64,000 nucleotides of DNA from Isurus oxyrinchus (Eukaryota), in the NCBI GenBank assembly GCA_026770705.1, contig JANJGN010000026.1, positions 36,270,001-36,334,000 of the forward strand. Direction: 5' to 3'. A program made the translations under genes and the position numbers. The notes beneath the pieces are model-generated. The model did no database searches. It had not been told where the DNA came from and saw only the letters and a list, made by a program, of their open reading frames with translations. This document shows, in pieces, positions 49,750 through 62,379 of the stretch (position 1 is the first letter of the stretch; each line of letters begins with the position of its first letter).

Positions 49750-50056
49750 ATCGACAACTCAACCTGCCAGGAAATCATCATCGGGCAGTAGACACCTCAC
49801 AATTATACAGCAGGTTTAAATGAATAATCAATATTCAATGTTTCAAAGTCTCTATCTGTTCAAACTGTTCTTTCTGAGACCCTGAGCTCTGAGTAAATGG
49901 TCCCAGGAATGAGATATTCGCTTCATATAAACCGGGAAAAATATCAAAGAAAGATTACTGAATGGTGAAAATTAAAATGAAATGTAACCAGATTGCAACG
50001 ATATTAACATCAACCCGACAATTCACTATCCGGGCCCGGAGAATTAATATTTACAA

Positions 50057-50115
50057 AGTATTTGCCCTACTCTCTCCCACTGTGACTGCCCGTGTAACAA
50101 GTTAGTATAAAATAC
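50057..50115 (-). pseudogene. NAR-TCR D of cassette 2 (5' heptamer and part of the coding end deleted)
   Basis: 3' RSS CACAGTG-12-GCAAATACT intact (50057-50084). Only 7 nt of coding sequence plus GTG of the 5' heptamer remain before the 12-nt spacer. Confidence 0.75.
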
Positions 50116-50247
50116 CCACGGGTACTAGGTGAGATGTGGGGACATTAAACAGCGGGGACTGCAGTTCCCGGTTCCAGCTGTTAGAACAGGATCACATCTG
50201 GTGTTAGGGGTTTGTAACTGGGATCAGTTATTCCTAATCCCCATTCA

Positions 50248-52757
50248 AAAATGAGAAAATAAATTACTGAGTTAGAGACGTATGCAATAAGGGTACAACT
50301 GTAATCATGGGTGACTTTAATCTACATATTGATTGGGCAACCAAACTAGCAATAATACTGTGGAGGACGATTCCTGGAGTCTGTACGTGATGGTTGTTTA
50401 GGCCAATACGTTGAGGAGCCAACTGGAGAGCAGGTTATCCGAGACTGGGTATTGTGCAATGAGAAAGGATTAATTAACAACCTTGTTGTGCAGGGTCCCT
50501 GGGGGAAGAGCTACAATAACATGATAGAATTGTTCCTTAAGGTGGAGAGTGAAGGAGTTGAATCCGAAACTAGTGTCCTGGATCTAAATAAAGGGAACTG
50601 CAAGGTTATGAGGGGAGAGTTGGCAATGATGGATTAGGGAACCTTACGAAAAGAGCTGACAATGGATCGGCAATGGTTAATATTTAAGGAACGTATACAA
50701 CAATTATTCATTCCCGTCTGGCGCAAACATAGTATGGGAAAGATGGTTCAACCATGGATTACAAAAGAAATTAGGGATAGTATTAGATCCAACGAGTAGA
50801 CATAAAAAATTTCCAGAAAAAGCTTCAATCCTGAGAGTTGGAAGCAGTTTAGAATTCAGCAAAACGGGAAAAAAAGACTGATCAAGAAGGGGAAAATGTA
50901 GTACGAGAGTAAACTTGCAGGGAACATAAAAACTGATTGCAAAAGCTTCCATAAATATGCGAAGAGAAAATGATTAGTAAACTAACACTCACAAACGGGG
51001 GAAACTATAGTTGGGAACAAAGAAATGGCATAAAAATTAAAGAGATATTTTGGTTCTGCCTTCACAAAAGGCAACACAAGTAATTTCCCAGAAATGTTAG
51101 GGAACCAGTGAGAGCGAGGAATTGAAGGAAATTAGCATTAGTGAAAAAAATTGTGCTGGACAAATTAATGGCGTTAAAATCTGAAAAATCCCCAGGGCCT
51201 GATAATCCACATCCCAGATTTCTAAAGGAGGTGACGCTGGAAATATTGGATGCATAGGTGGTCACCTTCCAAAATTCTATAGACTCTGGAACAGTTCCTA
51301 CATATTGGGGAGTGGCAAATGTAACCCCATTATTTTAAAAAAGGAGGGAGAGCAAAAACAGATAATACAGAGCAGTTAGCCTAACATCAGTTATGGGGAA
51401 AATGCTAGAGTCTGTTATAAAAGACATGCTAACTGAACACTTGGAAAGCATCAATGGGATTAAACAAAGTCAGCATTGGTTTATGAAAGGGAAATCATGC
51501 TTAACTAATCTACTCGAGTTTTTTGAGGATGTAACTAGTAGAATAGATAAGGGAGAACCACTAAATGTGGTGTATTTGGATTTCAAGAAGGTTTTAATAA
51601 GGTCCCACGTAAGAGTCTAGTGGACAAAAGTAAAGCACATGGGATTGGAGGTAATATACTGGCTTGTATTGAGAATTGGTTGACAGACCAGAAACAGGCA
51701 GTGGGAATAATGGGTCTTTTTTCCAGGTGGCAGGCCGTGACTAGTGGTGTCCCGCAGAGATCAGTGCTTGAGCCCCAGTTATTCACAACATATATAGATA
51801 ATTTGGATGAGGAAACCAAATGCAATATTTCCAAGTTTGCTGACGACACAAAACTGGACGGGGCTGTGAGATGTGAGGAGCATGCAAGAGGGATTCAGGG
51901 CAATTGAGACAAGTTGTCTGTGTGTGTCGGCAATCACATGGCAAATGCAGTATAACGTGGATAAATATAAAGTTACGCTTTGGTGTGAAAAACAGAAAGT
52001 CAGAGCATTATATAAATGGTGATAAATTGGGAAATATGGGTGTAGGAAGGAGTTTGGGTGTCGTTGTACACCAGCCAATGAAACTAAACAGGCAAATTAG
52101 GAAGGAAAATGGTATGTTGGCCTTCATTTAAAGTGGATTTGATTTCAGAAGTAGGGATGTTTTACTGTAGTTGCAAAGGGCCTTGGTGAGAACACACCAG
52201 GAGCATTGCGTGCAGATTTGGTCTCTCTACGCAAGAAAAGATATATTTGCCGTAGAGGGAGAGCAGCGAATGTTCACGAGGCTGATACTGGGCGTAGCAG
52301 CACTGTCGTATGAGGAGAGATTGGTTCAACTGGGCCTGCATTCACTAGAGTTTAGAAGAATGAGAGGGGATCTGATTGAAACACATATAATTCTAACAGC
52401 GCTAGACAGACTAGATGCAGGAAGGATGTTTTCCCTGGTTGGGGAGTCCAGAACCAGGGGCCACCGTTTCAGAATACGTGGAAGGCCATTTAGGACCGAA
52501 ATGAGGAAAATTCCTTCACTCAGAGGGTGGTCAACCTATAGAATTCTCGACCAAAGACGGCTATGGAGTCACTGAGTATATTCAAGAAAAAAATCGACAC
52601 ATTTTTGGATATTAGTGGCATCAAGTGGTATGGACAGAAAGCGGGAATATGGTGTTTAGATCGAGGATCAACCATGATAATATTGAATGGCGGAACAAGA
52701 TCGAAGGGCCGAACGGCCTACTCCGGCTCCTATTTCTATGTTTCTATGTTCCTCTGT
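50248..52757 (+). mobile_element. CR1 LINE inserted between V and D of cassette 2
   Basis: RT motifs (KSCLTNLLEFFEDVT, GVPQRSVLEP, SKFADDTKL) and TTTCTATG tail. The flanks are contiguous in cassette 1 (~40030). Confidence 0.92.
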
Positions 52758-52987
52758 TTCACCAACACCAACCCCGGGGAAGCCTTCACCATCTACTTGG
52801 TAGTTTTAAAACTGAAGATGTTAACGGCAATAATCCAATCGCACTATAAACTAGACTGGGGGCCGGGGGGTGGGGGGGGGGGCGGGGGCGGGGGGGGAGG
52901 GGGCAGACGGTGTGAGGCGGAACTGTAGGCGTTTAACAGCAGATTAACTCCGCTTTTTTACCTGTTTTTATGATAATCTGCAGTGAG

Positions 52988-53491
52988 AATTTTTGTATTC
53001 CGGGAAGCCGAGGCCAGTCGCTGTGTAACGTAGTACTGAGATTTACAGTAATAGGTGGTAGTGCCTTCAACTCTCACATCCCAAATTTCCAACGAAAATG
53101 TCTTTTCTGTTTTATTCATTATTCATTCAATGTCCCCCTGCTGGAGATCCGCTCCCGCTCTGCCCCGGTCTGGGTTTGTCTGATGAAAAGCCCCGTTTGG
53201 AAAATATCCCAATAACCAGCATGGAAAACACAGGTGATGGTGAGAGACTGACACTGCTTCCTGGTCACCACTGCTGGGGTTTGTGCCACTGGCTGACTGA
53301 AATCTCCTGGAAATTAAACAGAGATAGTTTCATGGACCATCAGAGCCGAATCACAGAACCGGGTCAAACCCCCTGTCTGTAATTGGGATGGACCCGGGCA
53401 GCTTTATATGACATCCACATAATGTCGGTTTGTGTGATCGGTACTCACGGGGTAAACAGACACACAGAGTGAAAACAAAGTGGATTCCCAT
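52988..53491 (-). pseudogene. NAR-TCR V gene with leader and RSS (cassette 2)
   Basis: Leader 53449-53491 MGIHFVFTLCVCLP. V exon 53026-53306: DFSQPVAQTPAVVTRKQCQSLTITCVFHAGYWDIFQTGLFIRQTQTGAERERISSRG[fs]MNKTEKTFSLEIWDVRVEGTTTYYCKSQYYV. RSS CACAGCG-22-ACAAAAATT. Confidence 0.92.
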
Positions 53492-55704
53492 CGTTCTGCT
53501 GCCTGGAGCTGGGGGTTTATATGACTGGGAGTTCTAGACTGCAGCCCTGGACTGCACTGGGAGGCCGGACCTCAGAGCTGGACTGAAAGATTTTAGGCAC
53601 GAAAATTAGGCCACGCCTGCCATTTAATTAAATCAAGGGTTCAAAGGGGGCGGAGCTGTTGCACTCAGTCTGTTGCTGCTTCGGAACTCACGACCCCCGA
53701 ATCCGGCCTCGTAACCCCACTGGGTGTCGCGTGACACGCAGTTTGGGATGCCCTGCTTAATGTGGGCTAATGCTGATTTGCAGAGGGCAGTGTCCGCGAG
53801 ATCAGTGGTGGGCCGCACGGATACACGGTCTCTGGTTGTGTGTTGTGTGAATAACTCTCAGGCTGAATGAGGGAAGCTTACAGCTATCTCTTGCTTCATT
53901 GGAGCTGGATGTTAAATCCCCTTCACATTTCTCTGTTGAACAGGGCGGTGTGAGATGGGTGTGGTTCTGTCAGTAGGTGCTGCTGCCCTCCTTCCCCCTG
54001 TAGTAAGGAGCTGGGAGGTGGTTCCATGTGTATTTACTGTGTGGTCTTATTTCCACTCATTGCAATACTGCAGGGAATTCATTAACACCCTGAAGAGGTT
54101 GACGGGATCTGGGTTAAATGCCTGACCTCAGTCCAGCAGCTGATGATCAGCTTGCAATATGATACAGCCCATTGACAACATCCAGGAAGATATATACAAC
54201 ATACGCGAAAAACAACACCCCTCTCTCATTTAAACAAACGCTTCCCTTCTCTGTTTTGCATTTAAAATGATGATTCAATTCAGTGAGGATTGATTTCCAG
54301 TTCTGTAATATTCAGACTTATCATTAACAGTGACAGAGTCTGCGAGTAAAGAATCCAGGACATGACAGAGTTCATGGGAAAGGGACTGTGCAATATTACA
54401 GGCAGACCTAGACATGTCAATAACGGAAAAAACGGGGAATTCCCGATAGCGTCTGGCCGCACAAAAAAGGCTGACTGTGCGGCGCACAAGCAAGGCAGAC
54501 GGGAAGTCACACAGAACTAGTCGATATTCGATATTCTTATTGACATTCCAGCAAACAGGGCGTCCGCAATGTCCAAATATTTACCCAAATACGTGACTCT
54601 CATCATAGTGCCCGTTGTTTACCATTTTGTGCTAATATCCACCAGGTTCGTTATAAATTGGTTACTGTTTTATCTCTGGGCAAAACAACTGCTTATCTCA
54701 AATTTTAAATACCCGTTTTCCTGCCGAGCGATTTACAGATCAGCATGGAACTTACCAGAGAAGTCATAGCTTTAGGCATTTGCGCAGAAACTAAATCGTG
54801 AGATTAAACTTGCAATGAAGTTTGAGCCTCTGTTCGTGTTTCAACAGGTCCGGATTATAATTGTACTAATCCTGCCCTTGATTGTGGCACGAGACTCTGC
54901 CTCTGTTAGTGTGTTGCCTGGTCTTGATTATTATTTTCTGCCATTTGTCGTTGATAGATAGACATCGGTGTGACTCTGATAATATTTGGCTAGACCCTGT
55001 TTATTATTTCATTAGTCCCTGTCTCCTCGATTACCACATTACTTTCTGCCTGTGGTTATGTTTCTACAGACCCTCACTATTATTTCATTAGTCTCTGGCT
55101 CCTTGATTATTACAGTATGCTCTGTCTCATTTACTGTTTCACCAGGGCCTGATTATGATTGTTCTAGTCCACTACTTCTTGATTATAAAATGGCCATCTA
55201 TCCAAGTAATCATTGCACAAAATTCTATCTCTGGCTGTATAACAATTGACCCTGTCTCAATTGTTATTGCACTCGATCTTGTCTCTGTTTATATGACAGG
55301 AGTCCCTTTCTATGTCTATGTCGATGTCTATGCGGTTGTTTCCATTACGCTAGACCTTTTTTAAGTTAGTACTACTCCTCTAGACAATGTCATTGTTCAT
55401 CTTTGTTACAGTGTATATTACAACATATCATATCCCTGTTTATACTACACTCAATCCTGCGTCTGCCAACATTAAGCTAGACCATGTCATTATTTAGATT
55501 GCACCGGTTATTAAGTTATTACTGCATTGGGTGACGCATATATATCACATTGACCCTGTCTCATTTACTGCTGCATTCTTCTAAGCCATGTCCAGTAATG
55601 ACTTGCCGAGATCACACCATTCATAGTATTATATTAGACTCCCTCTCGGTTGTCATTGCAGGAGGTCTTGTCTATAATCCTATAAGACATCAAGTGTAAT
55701 ATTC

Positions 55705-56260
55705 CAAAACAAAAATAGCTGGAAAAACTCAGCAGGTCTGACAGCTTCTGCGGAGAGGAACACAGTTAACGTTTCGAGTCCGTATGACCCTTCATCAGAA
55801 CTAAACAAATATAGAAATGTGGTGAAATATAAGCTGGTTGAAGGGTGTGGGTCAGGTACAGTTGGGTAGAGGCCAGTGATAGGAGGAGGCAAAGAAGAGA
55901 TTGCCAAAAATGTCATAGACAAAAGGACAAAGGGGTGTTGACGGTGGTGATATTATCTAAGGGATGTGCTAATGGGGACAATAAGGGTAGAAAGCAGGAC
56001 AAGTTAGTGGCAGATGGCCCTAGTGGGGTGGGGTAGGGGGAAGGGATCGAAATGAGCTATAAGATGGAGATAAAACTATAGATCGAAATAAATTTAAAAA
56101 TAGGTGGGAAAAGAAAAATATATTTAAAAAATTATAAATTATTGGAAAAAGGCGTTCAGAAAGTGAGTGGGGATGGAGGAGAGAGTTCATGATCTGAAAT
56201 TTTTGAGCTCAATATTAAGTCCGGAATGCTGTAGATTGTCTAGTCGGAAGATGAAGGCGG
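55705..56260 (-). mobile_element. Penelope-like element 3' fragment (end of GIY-YIG ORF plus terminal repeat)
   Basis: Minus strand encodes FIFRLDNLQHSGLNIELKNFRS*, a typical PLE C-terminus, followed by the hammerhead-bearing repeat. Confidence 0.8.
55763..55803 (-). ncRNA. Minimal type I hammerhead ribozyme within the Penelope-like repeat
   Basis: UAGUU-CUGAUGA-A-GGGUC auacg GACUC-GAAA-CG-UU-AACUG: stem I, stem II, conserved core and palindromic AACGUU stem III. Confidence 0.75.
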
Positions 56261-56793
56261 AGGTTATTGAAACCCAGACGTTGCCGAATGGGGCCCGATG
56301 TAGATCAGCGAGCGTAGGGTTAATGGACGGATGGGATTTGGTATGAATGTGGGTAACTCTTTCGAGTACAAACCCATTTCCATCTGTTTCAGATGAAGTT
56401 ACATTGTTTCATGGTTTTGCCATTGTGAGATTTGAACTCTTGAGGTTACAAACCCAGTACCATAACCACTTGGCTATTTAGGCCAAGCATGAATGTGGGT
56501 ATCGGCAGCTGTCTCAGATGAACTGAAATTGGATAACTAGCCTTGGGCTGACTCAGTGACGAGAGAGCTGAGATTGTGGTGGGAACGGATTGCAATGCCT
56601 TCTGGATTGACACACGTCTAATCCAGAATTGGATGTTTTACAATTACCAATGGCTTTTGAAGATTTGTGGTCTAGAGATGGCATAGGGACGGATTAGGAG
56701 GGGATCAGTAACTGATTGGATAAGGCAGTAAATGGTGTTTGCAGTTCACTCGGTAACATCTCACTCTTTTTATCCCTCACGTTCATCTATCAG

Positions 56794-57695
56794 CTAACGT
56801 AGTGGTGATCATAATCCTATCCCGAAGACAGTGTGGACTCTCCCGGTGCATCACCTACTACCTGGTGGCAATAGCAGTGAGCGATCTCCTGGTCATTATC
56901 ACTGCCGCCATCCTCAACCGGATTGGCCGGATCTACTTTCGTGACAGTGTCCTGTCGACCACCCCAGCAAGCGCAGTCAGCATCATGCTGGTCTTTGCCA
57001 TGCAAGATGGCTCAGTCTGGCTGACAGTCGCCTTCACCATCGACCGTTTCGTGGCCATCTGCTGTCAGGGCCTAAAGACCAGATACTGCACCGAGAAAAC
57101 TGTGGTGCTGGTTATAGGAGTGGTCAGTACCCTGAGGTGCGTCAAGAACGTCCCTTTGTACTTCGTCTGCCAGCCTTTGTACATCCTGGACGGGGTGCCC
57201 TGGTTCTGCGACCTCAAATCCACCTATTTCACTTTCCTCGCCTGGCAGGCCTCATACTAGCTGGACCGCATCTTAACCCCATTTCTCCCTTTCTTCCTCA
57301 TCCTGCTGCTCAATGTCCTGACCGTAAGACAGATCTTAGCGGCCAGTAGAGCCCGCAAGAGGCTCCGGGGCGCCGAGAGTCACAGAGACCCTGAGATGGT
57401 CAATCGTAAGTGATCCATTATCCTGCATTTTGCGATTGCACTCAGCTTCCTCCTCCCGTGGGCCACCTATGTTGGACATTTTCTCTACGTGTGGATTACA
57501 AGTAAGGGCTGCTTCAACAGCATGAACTTCAATGACCCGCAGTATATCCTCCAGGAGACAGCCAACATGCTGCAGTTAGTCAGTTCCTGCAACAACGTCT
57601 TCATCTATGCGGTGGCCCAGAAGAAGTTCCGAGAGGAGCTGAGGAAGGTTTTGATGTGGCCGGTCACCACGTTCACTGGCTGGTTTAAACGGTAA
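56794..57695 (+). pseudogene. GPR139/GPR142-like GPCR main exon with two nonsense codons
   Basis: ANVVVIIILSRRQCGLSRCITYYLV..FTIDRFVAIC..SSCNNVFIYAV. In-frame TAG 57258-60 and TGA 57411-13. CAG acceptor 56791-93. Exon 1 not found. Confidence 0.9.
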
Positions 57696-58259
57696 ACAAA
57701 CGTTAAAACTTCTTCGTGTTATTTCACTTCCATCAGAGTAGTTCAATGTGTAGCACACTCTCTCTCTCCAGAATCAGAAAGTGCTGGGTTCTCGCTCCCG
57801 GATCTGTGAGAATTCAGGCCCATACTCCAGTGCCGATAGTCCCCCTGTGTCCCTGAAGGAATACTGAACTAAGACAATTGCTGCGTTTCTGGATGAGATG
57901 TTAAACCACTGTGAGCATCTGCTCTCTTAGATCGATGTAACGACCCACGGTCGGAATTTCAGAAATGAGCAGGAGGAGCTTTCCCCAGCTTCTTACAATA
58001 ACTGCCCCTCATTTAAACCAGTTGAAACCAGCTATCTGAGTACTTTTCAATTACATTTGTGGAATATTGCTCTGCACATTTGCTGAAGTATTTCCTTCAC
58101 TACAATGGGAAAACACTTAATTGGCAGTAAAGCACTTTGGGAAAATCCTGTAGTCGTTCAAGGCTCTCTCTTCTTTCTTTTTTTCTTTCTTTATCTCATT
58201 CTTTCGTTCTCCTGCTTCACTGTGACTCTCTCCCCATCAACATTAATCTTTCCACTTAA

Positions 58260-61200
58260 ACAAATGTATTTGATGAAATGGGATTTTTCCCCATATTATA
58301 TTCCATTTGCCAGATCTTTGCCCACTCACTTAACCTCCATAAGCCTCCATAAGTCTTCTTTGCCACTTACGTTCTTACCGACATCTGAGTCATCAGCAAA
58401 TTTGGCAACCATCCCTTCAATCGCTTCATCCAAGTCATTCATATAAATTATAAACTGTTGAGGTCCCAGCAATGATCCCTGTGGCACACCATTCGTTACG
58501 TGCTGCCGACATGAAAAAGATCCATTTATGTTTACTCTTTGCTTCCTGTTAGACAGACAATCTTCTATCCATGCCAAAATGTTACCCGCTACACCATGAG
58601 CTTTCATTTTCTGCGATAACCTTTGATGCAGCACTTTTTCAAATATCTTCTGGAAATCTAAGTACAGCATATCCACCAGTCCCTCTTGATCCACAGCCCA
58701 CGTCACTTCCTCAAATAATTCCAATAAATTGGCTAAGCACGATTTCCCTTTCACAAAACCATGTTGAATCTGCCTGATGAACTTAAGTTTATCCAAGAGC
58801 TCTGCTATAACTTCTTTAATAATAGTTTCTGACATTTTCCCGACGACAAATGTTAAGCTATTGGCCTGTGGTACCTTGCTTTCTGTCTCCCTCCCTTTTT
58901 GAATAATGGAGTTACATTTGCTATCTTGCAATCGAATGGGACTTTCGCAGAATTTTGCGAGTTTGGAAAACTTCAACCAATGCATCAATTATCTCACTAG
59001 GCACTTCTTTCAATACCCCAGGATGAAGTCCATCAGGACCCGGGCTCCTGTCAGCGCACAGCTCCAAGAATTTACTCAGTACCACTTTTCTTGTGACTGT
59101 AATGTTCTTGACTTCCTTGGCCACTTCCATTTCCTGGTTTATAGCTGCTTCTGCGATGTTACTTTTATCTTCTGTAGTGAAAACTAATGCAAAACACTAG
59201 TTTAATTCATCTGCCTTCTCCGTGATTTCCTTTATCAATTCTCCAGAGTCACTTTCTATGGGACCAACGCTCACTTTGTTAACTCTTCTCTCTTTTAAAT
59301 ATTTATAAAACATGTTTTATACACTTTTTATAATAATTTTAAACACTGCTTTTATATTTCTGGCTAGCTTTCCCTCATACTCTAATTTTCTCCTCCTTAG
59401 TAATATTTTAGTCATTCCTTGCTGTTTCTTGCATTTTGTCCAATCTTCTGGTCTCCCACCTATCTTGGCACAATTCTATGTTTTTTTTCTTTGAGTTTGA
59501 TGCTATATTTAACCTTTCTAGTTAACCATGGATGGTGTGTCCGTCTCCTGGGATTTTTCCTACTCGTTTGAATGTATCTATTCTGTGCATTCTGAAATGC
59601 CCACTTAAATATTAGCCGTTGCATCTCTATTGACCTATTGCTTAACCTAATTTGCCAATTCACTTTAGCTAGCTCAGCTTTCATGACTTCGTAATTGACC
59701 TTATTTTAAGTTTATAAACTTCATCTCAGGTCCACTCCTCTCTCCCTCAACCCGCCTGTACAATTCAGTTATATTTTGGTGGCTGCTACCTAGGGGTATC
59801 TTCACTATGAAGTCATTAATTACTCCCATTTTATTACTCATTACCAGTCCTAGTATAGCCTTCTATCGGATTGGCTCCAGAACATGCTCCTTTAAGAAAC
59901 AATCCGAAAACATGCAATGTGCTCCTCAGCGAGCCAATCTTTGCCCATTTGACTTTTCCCATCTATATATAAATTAAAACCTCCCATGATTATCGGCGTG
60001 CCTTTCTGTCAATCTCCAAATATTTATGTCATTATGGTCAACTCTACCAAGTGGTTACTGTTAGGGGTCCTGTGCACAACTCCCAGAACTTCCTTAGTGC
60101 CTTCACCATTTCTCATCTATACCCAAACCGTTTCCACACCCTGGATTCCTGAACTTAAGTCCTCATTATTTATTGTGCTAATACCATCATTAATGAACAG
60201 AGTGAGCACTCCACCTTTTCCACGCTTCCCGTCCTTCCTAAAAACCATGTACCCTTCAATATTCAGGTCCCAATCTATGTCTTCCTGCAGCCATGTCTCT
60301 ATGATGGGTATTAAATTGTAATTATTTATGTCTATGTGCGCTCTCAGTTCATTTGTTTTATTTCGAATGCTACGTGCATTCATATACAGAACTTTTTTGT
60401 TTTATCCTTTTATTCTTCCTATAGCCTCTCGCTTCATCTGCTGATTTACTGTGAGATTTGTAGTGTCTATCCCTTCCTATTTTTCATTTCCCATAATAAT
60501 ACCTTTCTCCTTTGTCTTGTCTCTGCTCCTTGACTTATCACCTTTTCCCAAATTTGATCCCTTGCTCCCACTATTTAAGTGAAACCACTTTATACTTCCC
60601 TTGTTATGCGGCTCACAAGAGCACTGGCCCCAGTAGTGTAGATCATTCCAACGGTGCAGATACCACTTTCCCCAGTACTGATGACAGTGCCCCATGAACC
60701 GAAACCCACTTATCCCACATCAGTCTGTGAACCGTGCACTCATCTCCCACATATGATTTGTCCTATGCCAATTTGCACGTGACTTAGGTAATAATCCAGA
60801 GTTTATGATCTTTGAGGTTCTGCTTCTTAAATTGGTGTCTACGTCCTCATGCTGACCATGCAGAAACTCCTTCTTTGTCCAGCCTATGTCGTTGATACCT
60901 ACATGGACCACGACGACTAGGCCATCCCCCTCCCGCTGCAAGTCCCTCTCCAGGCCTGAGCATATGTCCCGCACCCTCGCACTGGGCAGGCAACAGAGCC
61001 ACCTGGACTCACGTACGTTTCTGCAAAAAACGGTGTCAACTCCTCTTACTATACTATCCCATACTACCACTACATTCCTCCCACTTGAATGGCTTCCTGT
61101 ACCATGGTGCCATGGCCAGTTAGCTCATCTACCCTTCAGCCTCCACTCTCATCCAAACAAGCTGAAAAATCCTCAAACCTGTTGGACAATTGAAAGGGAC

Positions 61201-61560
61201 GAGGCTCCTGCACTCCTGCCTTATGAGCCTCCTTACTTCCTCACTCACAGTCACACTGTCCTGCCTCTGACCACTGACCAAATCAGATGAGCCTGTCCTA
61301 AAAGGTGTGTCTGCCTCCTGGTACAAAGAATCCCTCGCTGATGTGCTGCAGTGTCTGTAGTTCGGCCTCCAGCTCACAAGCTCGAAGCTGATGCTATTCA
61401 AATTTCAAATACTTATTGCAGACGTGTTTGCCCTGGATCATACTGGCATCAAGGAGCTCCCACATGCTGCAGCTGTGCCACATCTCCTTTCCTGGCATTC
61501 TTAATGTGTTCTAATTAACTATTAAATTATTTCACACAATTACATAATTTGTTTTTCTTT
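58260..61560 (-). mobile_element. CR1 LINE, ORF1 esterase plus ORF2 APE/RT, degenerate
   Basis: DSIVRG..CCLPSARVRD..VHVGIND (ORF1); NARSIRNK..ETWL (APE); GVPQGSLLGP..KFADD (RT). Confidence 0.92.
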
Positions 61561-62379
61561 TTATATATTTGATCAACCTTACCACCAGTTGCTAGACTAT
61601 TTTGAAATTTAGGAAATTTAGAAACCTTAGTCACTTGCCAGATACTCACCAAGTAACTAGCTTCTTCTCCTGTGGTAGAGTACAACCACCTTCTGAAGGC
61701 AGAGATTGGTCGAAAGCAGAAAGTAAAAGAGCAAAGCTTTCCCTTCTTCCCCTAACTCCCTCAATTACCCAACTCCCAGCACCCTATTCTACGTTGCAAT
61801 TCTTGCAGTACAGCACCTTCAACAGTTGAATTCCCACTTAAACCAAATTCTCAAATAAACTCACTCAGCCTCTGTCTCACTCAGGCCGAAATCTCCACTC
61901 ATTGATTTCTGAAGTTACTATGGCAGCATTTTGTTAAGTACAAGCAAGTGTAAGTAACTGGGTTGTTCTTTCAGAGGCCCAGAGGCCCATTCAAGTGGGA
62001 GGAATGTAGTGGTAGTATGGGATAGTATAGTCAGAGGAGTTGACACCGTTTTTTGCAGAAACGTACGTGAATCCAGGTGGCTCTGTTGCCTGCCCAGTGC
62101 TAGGGTACATGAGACATTTTGTTAAGAACAAGTAACTGTAAGTAGCTGGGTTGCTTTCTCAGAGGCCCAGAATACATGCTGCGTCCATTAGGTCTGCACC
62201 TTTGCTTTATGGTTATAAACAGCGCTATTCGCAACTACAGGCCACACGACCAGTTTTTCTCGGTGGATAAAGAGCTTTTTGAGAAATGGTGCAGCAAATG
62301 TATGCAGCGGTCGATTCTTTATTGCTTCCTTATCACTGAAAACCACCCATTTCCTCATCGTTGCTTGGGATGAAGGTCT

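Noticed and set aside
53900-56790. First exon of the right-hand GPCR
   Set aside because: No YYP..GVP-type exon could be found by eye.
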